A stretch of 62,970 nt of DNA, filler included, from Thraustochytrium aureum (lineage: Eukaryota): the NCBI GenBank assembly GCA_012862495.1. It is 5 parts of 3 records of this genome, joined end to end, with 100 filler letters (N's around TTAATTAATTAA, not from the genome) between each part and the next. Parts side by side here need not be neighbours in the genome. Positions count along the whole stretch, not along the records: positions 28,780 to 49,416 come from BLSG01000124.1; positions 49,517 to 61,447 come from BLSG01000124.1; 3 more parts are not named here. One strand, given 5' to 3'. Below are positions 48,276 through 61,302 of the stretch, in pieces (the stretch's first letter is position 1; each line of letters begins with the position of its first letter). The translations under genes were made by a program, and so were the position numbers. Below the pieces are notes generated by a model, which was not told the origin of the DNA, made no database searches, and was given only the letters and a program-made list of their open reading frames with translations.

Positions 48276-49416
48276 ATGGCGCAGAGATGCCTCGTGGTCG
48301 CGCTTGGGAAGGGCGCGGTGACGCTGGCAGGCGAGATTGAAGGGCAGAATGCCGCAGGCGGGGCGTGGGGCGCCTATGTGGAGGTGACGTGCGGCGCGGT
48401 GACGCACAGGTCGCCCGTGGTGAAGGCTGTCGCGGGCCAGCCAAAGTCGCCCAGGAGGTTGAGCCTCACGCGTGGCATTATCAAGAAAAGGAGCTCGACG
48501 GCGCTGCAGTTTGACTGGGGAGAGTGGCACTGCGAATTTGAGAATTGGTCGAGGGCGGCGCAAGCCAAGATTGCTGTGTTTGTCCGCCACGAGCGCGGCG
48601 GGCGCATCCACGCCATGCGTACTTATTTGTCCTTGTCTGGGGTCAAGGTGTCCAAGGTCACCCGATCGCACACTCTTGTTGGCGAAGACGCTGAGGCCCG
48701 GCTGGGCGTTGGCCTTGGCGCCCTGATGCCTGGGGACCTGCCGCGGCCTATTCGAGGGGGGGCCGCCGCGCGGGGGTTCAGCCCAACTCGAAGCGCGTCC
48801 AGCGAGGACGGCTCATCCGCTTACGACAGCGATTCAGAGGGCCGCAGGACCGACCAGTCCGAGTCTGATGACGCTGTCGGCGCAAAGACTGTGCGAACGG
48901 CCTCGCCACGTGGAGCTGCTCGAGGACGCCGCCGAAGCCGACGCCCAACAGACAACGAAGCGCAAGCCGCCGCCGCCGCCAAGGCGACCCTGCAGATCCG
49001 GGAGAGCATGGTCAAGAACGAGTGGCGGTCGCTTTTGACAGGACCGCTGGAAGGAGGGCCCGAAGTGAGCTTTTCGCGGAAACAGCTCAAGAGCGTTTTG
49101 CACAACCTGGGCGTTCGACTTGGGCGGCGCGACTGGGGCTACCTCATCGAGTATCTCGAGCCAGAGGGGAGCGCCGAGACCCCGTATTCAGTCGTCCGGT
49201 GCTTTCTCGATGACGTCGAGTCGGGCACGACAGCCCTGCAGAAAGGGCAGCGCGCGCCGCGACTTGGCCACAGCGCGACCCGCCCGGCGCCGAGCCCGAA
49301 GCGGCGCATCGGTCTGACGCCATTCGGGTCAGACGACGAAAGCGCTAGTGAGCGAGGCGCCGGGCGCCGGGCGCCCGCGCGGCAGCGCTGCCCCTTTGCA
49401 GCGGCGACCGCGTTGA
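48276..49416 (+). CDS. Hypothetical protein with C2-like N-terminus and EF-hand-like segment (3' truncated at linker)
   Basis: AYVEVTCG..HRSPVV..FDWGE..F..AKIAVF resembles a C2 domain. FSRKQLKSVLHNLGVRL..LIEYLEPEGSAETPY is a degenerate EF-hand-like pair. Confidence 0.55.
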
Positions 49417-49516
49417 NNNNNNNNNNNNNNNNNNNNNNNNNNNNNNNNNNNNNNNNNNNNTTAATTAATTAANNNNNNNNNNNNNNNNNNNNNNNNNNNN
49501 NNNNNNNNNNNNNNNN
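49417..49516. other. Artificial scaffold-concatenation linker
   Basis: N44-TTAATTAATTAA-N44. Confidence 0.95.
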
Positions 49517-50811
49517 GCCGTTGCCCCACCGCGGAGACTTTCGTCTGCGCGCAAAGGACAGTACATCTTTGCGGCGCACAAACGCTTGAACAAACTGCAG
49601 AGGACAGGGCCAGTTTCCACTCTCTCGCTCGAAGGGCCGCCACCGAGGAGACGGAGCAAAGCAGACACGGCGGTGCCCAGCGCGCCACGTTGCAGCGCCA
49701 GGCCCAAAACCAGGAGATTTACTTGGTCACTGTTGGGTCCAGCTCCGCGGCCTTCGTCCGCCTGCTGGGCAAGGGCGACCAGCTTGTCTGCGATTTTGTC
49801 CAGCGTGAGATGCTCCCACGGAGCGAGCTCACAAAGGCCTCCAAGAGGCATGACCTCGAACAGCGCAAGCAGGCCCTGGCAAGTGCTTCGAAGGAGCGCC
49901 TGGGCCCCAGAAGGCTCTGAGAGCGAGAACGCGTGCTCGATCGAGCTGATCTGCATCTCGATGAGCGCCATCGATAAAAACGATGAGGAGGGCTTGCCCT
50001 GCTGCATGGCCTTCGCTAGGCCCCCCGCCGCCTGTGATTTCCCATCCGCCAAAGCTTCACGCTGTGGGATGCCGTGCAACGCGGCTACACGCCGCTCCAG
50101 AGACTCCAAGAGCCCTGCTTCGCGGCCCTCAGCGCGCGCCTGTTCGATGAGATTCACCGCAAAGTTGGGGTCACTCGCGCTCTTCGCTGGGTAGGCGGCA
50201 AGGAGCATTTGCCGCAAGCGGCCGTCCTGATCGTCGCCGAGAGCGCCCCGCTTGTTGACGGCCGCAGTCCATGCATATCGTGCATACTGCTCCTGAAGCG
50301 ACCGCAGTGAAGCCTGCAGGGCGTTGGTCAGCAACAGGCGCGCCACGTTGGCCTGGCTCAGCGGGGCTGCGAGCGGCAGCTTGAGCGCGTCCATGTCATT
50401 CACAATCGTGTTGCCCGGGCCATGCTCGACGTCATAAGCCAAAAGAATCTGGGAGAGGACGTGTTGCCTGGCGCGTTTGGCGGTTGCAGCATCGCCAGCT
50501 GACCTTGCCGCATTCGCGGTTTCGCTTTTATTTTCTTGATCACCCTCGTCGAACCCGTCGGCGTCCGCTCTGTTCTGCATGTCGCGCCTCGCCCGCACGC
50601 CTGTGCTACCAAACTCTTGTGCGTGCCGCTTCACGGTTAGGTTCCCCGCGCGGTCGCTCGGCCGGTTCCGCTTCGCGTTTGCGCCGGTCGAGTTCCCAGC
50701 CGTTGCCTGACCGGCAACTGGATCAAATCGCACCAGTTCGCAGTCGTCCATGAACGGTGGGAGCGTCGAGCGCACAATATCCTGCACGAGCTTCAGGTCA
50801 AACCTCACCAT
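49517..50811 (-). CDS. N-terminal fragment of a large helical protein, HERC/HECT-ligase-like (3' truncated; upstream exon possible)
   Basis: Open ~430-codon frame. LLVLGLALQRGALGTAVSALLRLL resembles the LA(L/V)QRG(S/T)L motif of large HERC N-termini. Confidence 0.55.
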
Positions 50812-51774
50812 CGGGTCGTTTGTGCCCTCCGCGTCCCCTGGCCGCCCGTTGCGTCCCGGCCTCCATAGCCCCTCCCCGCTTGTGCTTCCCAGCCGCCGAG
50901 TCCACGGTCACCCATACACGGCCCAAGCCCACCCGTACGAACGTACGCGCAGGTCTGCGATGGCCCTCTTCAGCCGCGTCCCCTTCGCGGCCTCTTCTGC
51001 TGCAAGGGCACCCAAGTGGTAGCTTTTGGCCGCCTCCGCCAAGACGACAGCTGCCGCGAGAACTGCCGCAAGCGATGGGGCTTGCGCCGCGCCGCCGCCC
51101 TTATGCTTCTGCCGCCGCCGCTGCCGTCGCCGCCGCCGCTGCTGCTGCTGCTGCTGGTGCCGCCGCCGCCGCCGCTGCTGCTGAGGCGGCTCGCGAGCTC
51201 GTTGGGCGTCTGCTTGCTCGCAACGGCGAGAGGGAATGGTACCCTCTCACGTCATCAATAACCCCCCTGTGTCGCAGCTCACGTGGCCCCGTTTGACTGA
51301 AAAAGATAGGGCCGCGCTGCGTGTGGAAACGTTTTTTTTGCCTCGTGTCGCGCTGCTCGTTGAATCCTGTCCTTCACAAGGGCGGGACAAGGGCGGCGAT
51401 GGACCACCGTGACGGCGCACAGGCGTGGATTGGGCGAGGATGGCCCAGCTCAAAGCGCAGAAGAAATCGGCAAAAAAGCGAGCTCAGCTTGCTCCAGAAT
51501 TGGCTGTTTGCAGTTCTCTACAGTAGGCCTATACCTACGTACTTACAGCGAGTTCGAGAAGAGCACTGAGTCGAGTCCAGGTATGTACTCGAGTAGGCTA
51601 TGCGGTGAGTACTACTACCAACCAACCAACACAAAGGTCCAAACCAATACCACGGACGACCGCGACTCGCGACTGCGAACCAGTACTCTGCAGGCACCAA
51701 CATAACGTACTCACTCACTCTCCCGGTTGAACCAAGGGGGTCAAAGTCCCTGCGCTCTCCAGCAAGCTCTAGAG

Positions 51775-54700
51775 CTAGACGATGCGGAGCCAGTGCAGCA
51801 GGTCGATTTGGAGCCCTGGGGCTGCAACCTTGCTTGCCCCCGGCAACGAAAGCCGAGGATGGATGTCGGCAGGTCCGGCCGCAACGAGGCGGCCGAGGGC
51901 ATCAGAAAGGTCCTCAATCGAGTCGACCTGAACCCCGAGATCACGAAGAAGGTAAAACACGTCCCAGACTCCAAGCGCCTCAACTCGCTCGGTCTCCTCA
52001 AGGAGAGACAAAAACACTGCCTTGGACGATCGGAGGCCTCTGGCCTTGAACAGGCGCTGATTGAGACGCCGCAAAACGCTCTGCAAGCGCTGCGAACCGA
52101 ATTTCGGTGGCAAATTGCGGTACAGCGCCTCGGCGCGCTCAAGCAGCACCTCGTACGCCACCGTCCCGTCCGCGTTGATGGCGTCCACGTATCTGACCGC
52201 TTCTTCGTCGAGAGGCGGACAGCCGGCCTGCTGGAGACCCTTCGCAAAACCTCGCATCGAGAGTGTCCCGTCCAGGTCCCCGTCCATAGCGCGCAGAGTG
52301 TCGTACAAGCTGACCTTGTTGTGGGCGGCCGCTCGCACCATTTGCGTAAGAGCGTGGCGCTGCTGGTCGTTTTGGTCCCCAGGACATGCTTGCTCCTTCC
52401 CAAAGCCGGCGCCTACGTCTTCGGCAAACCGCTCGAACTGAACGCAAAGTGGCTGATTTGTCCCAGAGTAGATTTCCACCGCGTACGTGATTGCGCTGGT
52501 GAGTTTTCGGTCATTGTGGTCTTGTCTAGAGCGTGATCCCGTCGAGTTCGCCCGGAAGGTCTCCTCGAGCACTCGTCGGAATGAGCTTGCAGAGCACATG
52601 CCAGGAGTATCCGTGTCGTCTATGCGATCCCACGCGCAATCAAACACGTGCAGCATGCCCGTGAAATCGGGGGCGAGCGAGAGCTGCCGCTTAAAGAAGT
52701 GCAGGAGGAACTGGCGCTTGACGCGGTCGCGCTCTTCGTAGCTGATTGCTTCTTCGAGAGAAACTTGCAGGATTGCCTGCTCATAGTCTACCTGCGCCTC
52801 CGCTCCGGCAGTGCACCCAAACGTGCGGCCGATGTACTCGGCCTCCGCGCCCTCGCACTCAATATAAACCTGAAGCACTCGCAACTCCCACGAGAGCTGA
52901 TGCAAGCTAATGGCTCCCGCGCGCTCTTCATCGTGCGAGAAGAGCAGCTCAAATAGATCAAAGTTATGCACGACAGCGCAACGCTTGATTGCGCGGCGAA
53001 TCTTGTGGTGGACGAACGATTGTGCCACTGCTTCAGCGCGGCCTTGGTCGGCGGCGACGTCCGCAAGGAGCGTCTCGTACTGTACTGCCGCCCCTTCGTT
53101 GCACAACGCGCGCGATAGCTCTTCACGCGAGCAAGCAAGCCCTTTGAGAAGGACTTCAAATGCGACCGTGCCGAGCCCCTCGACGTCGGCAAGACCGAAG
53201 TCGCGCAACGCGCTCTCGACCCCACCAGCGGCTGATACTAACCGATCCAACACATATAGACGAAGCACGGCTGCAGAGGCGGCTTCTGCGCCCTTTTCCG
53301 GCCTGCTGGCCTGCAAAGCGCTGTGGAAGAGCTGCTCCGCGTCGATCTCCCCACTTGTCTCGGCCCTGGCCAGTACGCAGACGTCAAACATGAACGGCGT
53401 TTGAAAACCGTGATCGCCGAGAATGCGCTGGCCAAGTTGTCGCCGAAGCCGAGGTGCTGTTCCGGCGGATTTCGCTGCGTTAGAGAGATCGCTCAAAACA
53501 CTGCGCTGCCGCGCCGTACTACTAAGCCCTGAAAACCACGTGCCGAGTCGCGCAAGCTCTGTTACGACCACAACTTCGTGCCGAACGGAAAAAGTCATCT
53601 CGACCCACTTTGCATATTGCAGTTTTCGCTTGGCGAAGTCTCGTGCGAGCTCGCTGGCTTTGTCGAGCAACTCTCGACCCTGCCCTCTCGAGCGCGTAGA
53701 CGCACAAAGCGCTTGGTACATGTCCGCCTCTCCAATATCAGCCTTGCCGGCTTGGTCGACACTGCGAAGGTGGGCAAGGAGGGCATCGGCGTCAAAGAGG
53801 CTCACACTGTGGGGGGCCTCGAAAAGCGCCTGGCAGTTGACAAAGCCGGGCTCGGCATCGGTTTGCCTGGAGAAAAAGACGAGCTCCTCTGCTCCCAGCC
53901 GAACGCCAAGCAATTGCTGCACCGTCCGCGCAAAGTGCTCAACGCTGATTAGGCCAGTTGAACGCGCGTCGTGCCTCGCAAAGAGAGCAAGGCTCTCGCT
54001 TTGCCGCTCGCGCAAAAGCGACACGATTGCCTCAAACAGCTTGTCCCGATGCGAGCGGAGAAGGGGGCTGGACAAATAGTCGCTTGCGCTTCTGTTGCCT
54101 CGCAGAAGCTCCACGTCCGCCTCCACGAGGTCAGGGTCCAATTCTTGCAGAACACTCAAGTGGACCCCGCCGGCGCTTTCGATAAAGTAGAGCAGCTCAA
54201 ACTGCTTTGCCTCGGCGAGGTCCCACATCCGCTTCGAGAGTGCTAGCGTGTAGGCCCGCTCATCCATGGTCCATGAGTAGAGCAGCCGCTCATAGCGGAC
54301 GTAAAGCGCGCCCGATACTTGTGTGACAAGCTTCGGCCCGCGAAACTCAGCTGCCGCACCTTGCTCCTCAAGCGTTCGAAGGTTGTCGAGAATTTCCTTG
54401 TCGCGTCCAACGTGTCCCTGCTCCCGTGCAAACTGTAAGAAGCGCTCCTGGTCGATCCATCCCTGACGGTAAGGGTCGAGTGCGCTCAATATGCTTGTGC
54501 ACGTTTCTGCGCCGATGCGGCACGCCGTCAGTCGCAGCGATTTAAAGTGCCTTTCCGATTCGAGGGTGGGCGCGGGCCTGAGCGGGTATGTCACCACCTC
54601 GTTGTCAAGAAACCGGGACTTGATGCGATCCGCCCACAGCAGCGCAATCTCGTCCCTTTCCGAGTCTAGCTCTTCTCGTTCGCTCGGGGTCGAAAGCAAG

Positions 54701-57700
54701 ACTGACGTGCTCTCGGGTCGAGCAGGTTTCTGAGGCTCGCGCCCAACTTGCAAATCGGACTCGCCGCCTCTGCCACGCGATGGGCCTTTCGAGCTGCACC
54801 GTGTCGGGGATAGGACCGTAGCCATCTTGTCGACCCAGTCCGTCGCAGGTGTCTTCCTCCTAGACACATGCTCCATTTCCGAACCGCCCCATTCGGACTC
54901 GGACGAGTAGCTCGAAGAGGACGCCGTGGGCGACGAGAGCGATGACAAAGCAGACTGGGGCGAAGCTAGCGGAGAATGGCGCTCTGACGGCTCTGGCCTT
55001 GCTGTGTGCGACAAAGATTGGCCATTCAGCGGTTGTATCGCGTACTCGCCTTGCAGCTGCTGAAGGCGCGCGTTCACCTGTACGCGGATGCGATCAGCCT
55101 CATTTTGCTGAGCGCGCGCTGCCTCAATCGCTCGACTAGCGTGCGGGGACTGTTGCCCCAGAAGCGACTCGAGCTCGAGGGCCGCAGCGGCACGAACAGT
55201 ATCGATCCCGCAACTCCGCTCATGACGCGCGCGTCGCTTTTCTGCACGAAGGCGCTCTACCTCTGCTTCAAGCTTTTGCTGCGATTGCTCGAGTTGCTCA
55301 AGCCGAGCGCGTTGAAACTCCTCCGCGTAGACAACCGTCCGTCCCCGGTGAGGATGGCGGCCAGAGACACCAGTATCTGGACTTGGGAGGTGCTGACTCT
55401 GCGCGTGGGCCGCGCTTGGCCAGTCTTGCGGACGATTGGTCCGGCGACCGTGTGGTTTCTTACCATTTGGCACTCTGGTTCCCGATTTTGGCCTTGATGG
55501 CTTGGAAACTGAGGTGGTGGTGTTGGTGCGCGCCATGTCGCCTTGCGCATCGCGCGTCCCAGGCTCAGGCACAGGCGCGCGATCGCATGGCTTGCGGCGC
55601 CTTGCTTTGCGACTGGCCCGCTTTCCGCGCTTGTCTTTGACTGGCATTTCGCCTTCGTGGCGGCAAATCCTGAACGCAGGGCTCACAGTAAACATGTGGG
55701 ACCCCATCATGGCCTTGCCAGCAGAGAGGCCATCAACGCACGGTACGGTGCAGGTGCGCATTGGTTTGTCAAACGAGTCTGTTGTGCCGACTTGAATTGC
55801 GATGCAGAGTCGGTAGTGAATACCGCGTTTATCAAGTTGCTCGCGAAGCACTGCCGAGTCTAGGCAAAGCTTCAGTCGAGCGCACTCCTCCTCAGCGCCA
55901 CGGTCCACGCTCGTTGTCCCGAGGTACCTCCACCCGTTCACAATGCTCTCCGAGGAGGCGAGAAACGGGTGTAGCGGGTCCCATCGAACTAGACGCGCTG
56001 CCCCTCCACCTGCGGCTGAAAGCTGAGATCGAAGCACAGTTGAAACAGAGGGCGCCCCAGCGTCACTGAAGCTGGTACATTCAGGTAGTGCCAGCCCGTG
56101 CTCTTTGCGGTGGCCCGCGATTGCTGCTTGAGATGGCTCCTTGGTCACGTTTTTGGAGTGCCGCCAGAGCGGCCTGTGCGGGTTTCCCTTTTCTGAACTC
56201 TGGCCTTGGTCCTGGGCATCGTTTTCGGAAAACTCGAGGAGGCGGAACCACAGCCTCACTGCCGCAAAGGGACGTTGTTCGGCGCTGGTTTGGCTGCAGA
56301 CGTGCTTGACCGCATCCAAGAGCGCCTTGCCCGGCCGCAAGCTGACAGTGTGCACGCGGTCGTACACGAGGTGCACCATCGCCTCGCTTGAGCGCGTGCG
56401 TGTGCGCGTAGCAACCCATGCCGATCCTTGCAAGTTAGTGACACGGAGGTTCAGGTACCTCGAGTTGCCAAAGGCGATTTCTGGCGGGCGACCCAGCAAA
56501 ACGCGGGCAGCGAGAACGGCGTCTCGTTCGTCCGGTGTCATGGCCAGCTCAGAGATCATCTCTTCTGCACTCAGTTCGCCAAGTGACTTGCCGTCTATCG
56601 CAAAGGCGTCAAGGCGGCGTATCGCTTCCTCTGAGAGGCGCAAGGTTGCCGCAAAACGAACGACGTCGCTCACGTTCCAGGTTTCAAGGGCCTTTCTCGC
56701 GCGAACGCCGAAAGAGGAGCCAGCCCACCAAGCTTGATCCTCGCTACTTGCCTGGATCTGAGTTGCAGGGTCTGGCTCGCTCGCGCCGGGCTCCACTACC
56801 CCCGTTTCGGGTTCTTCATCTCCGCCAGTGCGCGAGCGTAGGGCGGCGAGGCTGATCTGGAACTGTAGGCGTTGGCGCACCACGGGGTCACGCACACCGA
56901 GCGAGCGCAAGCCCTCTTCAGCACCAGAGTAGCCCTGGCGCTCAAGGGCCGCGAGTTGCGCCCCATCAACGCCCATTTCCAAAAAAGGGTCGGCTCGGCC
57001 CCGGCGGCCTGGACGAGGGCTTGGACGTCAGCTGCGGTCCAAGAGCTCAGCGGTGCTAGGAAGCTCGAGTCTGTCAAGCGCCGCTTGGATTCCGCTGACG
57101 AGGTGTTCACCCCCTCCGCCGCACTCTCCACCTCGGTGAGCTGCCAGTTTTCAAAGGGTCGCTCCACGGCATCCACACGCAGCAAGTCGAGAAGGCCACG
57201 GCGTAGCTGCTTCAAAGCGAGGCTCCCTGTCGGCAGTCTCGTTGCTGCGGCTAAGGCATCGTTGTCGAGCAGAGCCAGGGATACACTTGAGTTGGCTGGA
57301 AGCGACCCGAGGCCTGCGGCCACAGTTCCCCAGAGCCCCATGTCAGCCACAACCTGCCAAAGATGCTCACGAGGGAGGACTAGGCAGCCGCCGAGACCTC
57401 GACGGACCGCCTCAAGGCGATCTTGCTCGCACAGGAGGCTGGCAACCTCTTCTGGGGCGCTGGCGATGCGTGCCACACTTTGCTGCGTCTTGATCGATTC
57501 CTGCGTACTGCGCTCAGCGGTCGAATCACGCTTTGGCGAGAGCCATTCCTGCTCGCGCTCCGGCGGCGGCATATCTTCCGTCCGTGGGCCCGGACGGAGG
57601 TCCGAGTTTTGTGCTGTCTGTTCCAGAGGCGCGTTTGCGCTCATGGCGGGAGAACACGGACTTGAAGGCCCAAAAGAAACATGTCGTGGCGTAGCCGAGT

Positions 57701-59756
57701 CGGAGCGCTGCGCTGAAATTGAACTTGCTGGCGACCAACGCTGACGTGCAGGCGACTCGGTCGAAGGGCCAACCCAGACGTCAAGATGGTCCAACTCGAC
57801 CAAGCCGCCGCCCTGGCGGTGGCATGCAGTTTGAGGCCGCCCAGCGGACGGTGAACCCGATCGGTCTGCAGCGCCACGCAACCGTGAACCTGCGCTTGCA
57901 GGGACAGACATTGGCGATTGCTGTTGCGGCGGCGAGGATCCGCCCCAGCCCAGAGCTGGACTTTCGCCTGGACGCCCACCTGGAGAGCGTCGCGGGGTGG
58001 CTTGGGACAGAGCGGGAAGTGGGCGGTGGCGGTCAGCCGTGGCTGTCGTTGACGTCCGGGCCGCGGCATAGTTTTCCATGACAAAGTCGTCCTCGTCCGC
58101 TTCTGAGCTGTTGTCTGTGCTGAAGGCGCTTTGATTGTCGTCATCCTGTGAATCTTCGCTCGAGTTGTCTGTCAGTCGTGCTGAATCCATGCCAGTGTCT
58201 TGAGGCATCCCAAGACCTCGGGCTGATAGCAGGCTAGCGATTTCCTGACGGGCGCGCTTTGTGTGCCCTTTGCCGCTCGAGGCGCTGTGCTTTGGGCCGA
58301 CTGGCATCCCCGCAAGTAGCTGGTCGATCGTCTCGGCCGCTTGCACGGCATGTGCCCTGGTCTGCGGGCTTTGTTGCCGCTCGCTTTTATTCCCGCTCAC
58401 TCTGGCACTGGCTGTACTTTTGGGGCTGTTCGGGCTGGAGCAGGGGCTGGCGTTGTTGCTCTTGTTTGCGCCGCCCTGTGCAACTGGGCTGGAGAGTTTT
58501 GGCGAGCCGAACACCGGCCGCGGCGGGGAACCTGGCGGCGACCGCGGCGCAAACCTGTAGGAGACGGAGAGGTCTTGCAACGCAATCCTTACCGAGCCTA
58601 TGCGATTGCGCTTTTCAAGCGGGATGCGGACGGATCTTTGGATCTCGCTTGAGCCTTGAGCGCGCGCTTCCCCAGTAGCGCCCCAGAGCCTGCTCAGCGG
58701 CATGGTGCACTCGGCTTCAACCTTGCCGTCCTTTCCGACAAGCTCAAGCCGGAGCGAACCAAAATTTGCGGTACTCTGCTCAAGCAGTCCAGCAGCGACC
58801 AGGCCAGAAAACGGTATTGCTGACCTGGACACCTTGATTGGAGCAGTCGTTCGCTCGTCAACGACCTCCTCCTGAATGCCCAATATCCTTACTCGGAGCG
58901 CAGCGACCTTGAGCAGAGTGTTGACTTCAGCGCACGGACCTGCATAAATCTCAAACGCAACGCGGTCTGCGGCGCGCAAATCAACGAGAGCCGATCGAAG
59001 CAAAGCGCTGTGGCGGTCCTGGAACCAAATCATTCCGCCTCCTAGCTCGGCGAGCACGATTGGCGTCCCAGGCCGGTCGAGGAGCGGAGCGCTCGACAAG
59101 ACAAGACTGCGCCGTACGCCGATTGAGACGTCCTCGTAGTCGATTCGTAGAACAGGACCCCGCGTCGTGCCAACGTCATTGGCTTCATCTACAAGCGCGG
59201 TGAACCGGCCCTTGTGGTCCGGATAGGCCTGCTCAACGCGGCCATCGCTTAGTTGGACAGAGAATGCAACAAGTCTCTGAGACTTTGGCGCCCCGCTCGC
59301 GCCCTGCGCGAAAAATGCGCCGTTTCGAAGTAGGACCTGTGAAAGCAGGGCTCGCTGCGCCTGTTGAGCTTGGCGCGTTGGCGTTCTGACCGAAGGTGCA
59401 CCAGCACCGGCAGATCGTCTTTCAACGGTGCGTCGTCGGCGGCTGGCTTGCAGCTTTTGGTCAGCAATAGAGGCTCGGGCCAGCGCGTCTGGGTCAAAGG
59501 CGCTGGCCTGCTCGATGCACCAGCCAGGGAAAGTGCCCCTTTCACCGTCTCTGTCGATTCCGAGCCACCACTCGCCACGTTCATTGCGGGGCGCCTTTCG
59601 GATCACGGCGACGGTGTCCCCGACACTCAATTTTAGCTCCTGATTGGCCTTGCTACCCACGAACGCCCGGGCTACTCGCGCTTTCGGCGCCATAGCTGTG
59701 ATTCGTTGCATCGCGTCCCCGTCTTTCGCCGCCATCAGCCTTCCACGGTGTTCCAT
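51775..59756 (-). CDS. Giant (~2,650 aa) multidomain protein: SH3, C2-like, disordered linker, two SAM domains, C-terminal EF-hand-like repeats; frameshift ~56985
   Basis: SH3 RAFVGSKANQELKLSVGDTV..EWWLG..GTFPGWCI. SAM motifs WTAADV..VDGAQL..LGV and WNVSDVV..IDGKSL..EL. EF-like loops DPYRQGWID, DARSTGLIS, DGDLDGTLS, NADGTVAY. Removing one T from a T6 run fuses the two long ORFs. Confidence 0.78.
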
Positions 59757-61302
59757 AACGCTAGATCCCTGGGCCAACAGGGCTGCGCAGTTGCGACACC
59801 ACAAGAGCAGCACGTCAAGAACGACCGCCTCGTGTAGGCGCGGTGCCAAAGAAGTTGCAGAAAGCAGCAGCTGCAGCAGGAGCAGCAGCGGCGGGACGAC
59901 GAGGAGACCGAAACGAGACTGGGAGCCGCCCGCAGCGCGACGGCAGCGCGCGGGCCGGTGCGCGAATGCAGGCGAGGGTCCGACTGGCAGCGGCCGACCC
60001 AGGCTCCCTCTCCTCCCTCCCGGCTGCGTCTCGGTCCACCTTGCCGCTCTGCCGTCTCGCGCCCGCGCAAAAACCCGAACCATTCCAATCAGAGAAAAAA
60101 AACCCTTCCAATCAAAGAAAACATGACCGTTACGTTGCTGCGAAAGAACGTTCCTTGTGATATTGAAATTCAAGATTTATTTCTCTTGCGGCGATGCAGA
60201 ATGGGCGACTTCTTGATTTCGAGAACGTCGGGATTGGTCGGTTTCGAAAGCTCCCGTCGCCGCGGTCGTGGACAAGCACGTGCCTGCTCACAAGATAAAG
60301 GAATCGCAAGCTGCTATGAGAGGCTGCTGTCTCCGTGCAGAAATCATAGTCAAACGGAAGGCTCTTCACATCGCATGTGGAGTTCGCGGCAACGCACACA
60401 TCGCACGCTACCGTGACCTGAACTGCATCCGGCAACCCGGCACACGGCATTGCCAGCGCTCAGGGCCGAAAAAAGCCCCAACCGAGACCCCAGCCCCAGC
60501 ATGCAAGCCGAAGTGTGGCTCCCTGAGACCACAAGCTGCGCACCAAACGGATAGAAACGGATCAGATCGTCCATCGGCTAATTTTGCAACCGGCTTTGGC
60601 CGCCACCTTTGGCTGGTCGCCTTAGGCCGCACCTCCTTAGGCCGCCAGTGACGGGACATCTCTGTGTGCGACGGAGCGAGGCTGCGTGCTGAAGAGCCCT
60701 GAGACCTGTCCAAAAGGATCCAGCCTGAACTCACTCCATGGTCTAAGTCTGATGAAGATGGCGAAGAGCTTGACGAATATCGGCCCTGAGGCCAGGCAAA
60801 CGTGTACGGTTTCTATCCGTTCCTCAAGCTGAGAGGCTATGTCCGAGTCCTCTCCGAACTACCCATGCTGACCTATAAAAAGTTCGTCATCTCGCTCTTG
60901 CTAGCTCGAGCTAGAACTACTAGTATTTGCCCGCCTGTTGCCTGTGAGGTAAAGTGCCTTTTGATTTTTATCGCAGTTCCAAGTAGTCTCTAATTGAACT
61001 ATTCCGGCCGGAATGACCCGGAATGGTTGTACAATCTGAGCTGTTTCGGAGGCGGATCCGTTGAGGATCCGTTTGAATTTTGCTGGATCCTGCTCCGGTC
61101 AGGGCTTTGTTGGATTGTTGATATCGGTTGATTTGCCACGGCAAGAATAGCCAGATAGATGAGAGAAAATGACTTGCATTGCGCGCTTGCATGCGACAGC
61201 GGCAGACCCCAAACGAATCCAGATCTGCAGCGAACGAGCATCAGTCAGGCACGAAACAAGCCAACAAGGTCAAACACCGAACCGCAGCACTGCACTGCAC
61301 CA

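Noticed and set aside
59757..60173. N-terminal 139-codon extension of the giant ORF including a Leu-rich 'TM' stretch
   Set aside because: Starts at TTG in T-rich promoter-like DNA, and the Leu run derives from a (CTG)n repeat. More likely 5' UTR.
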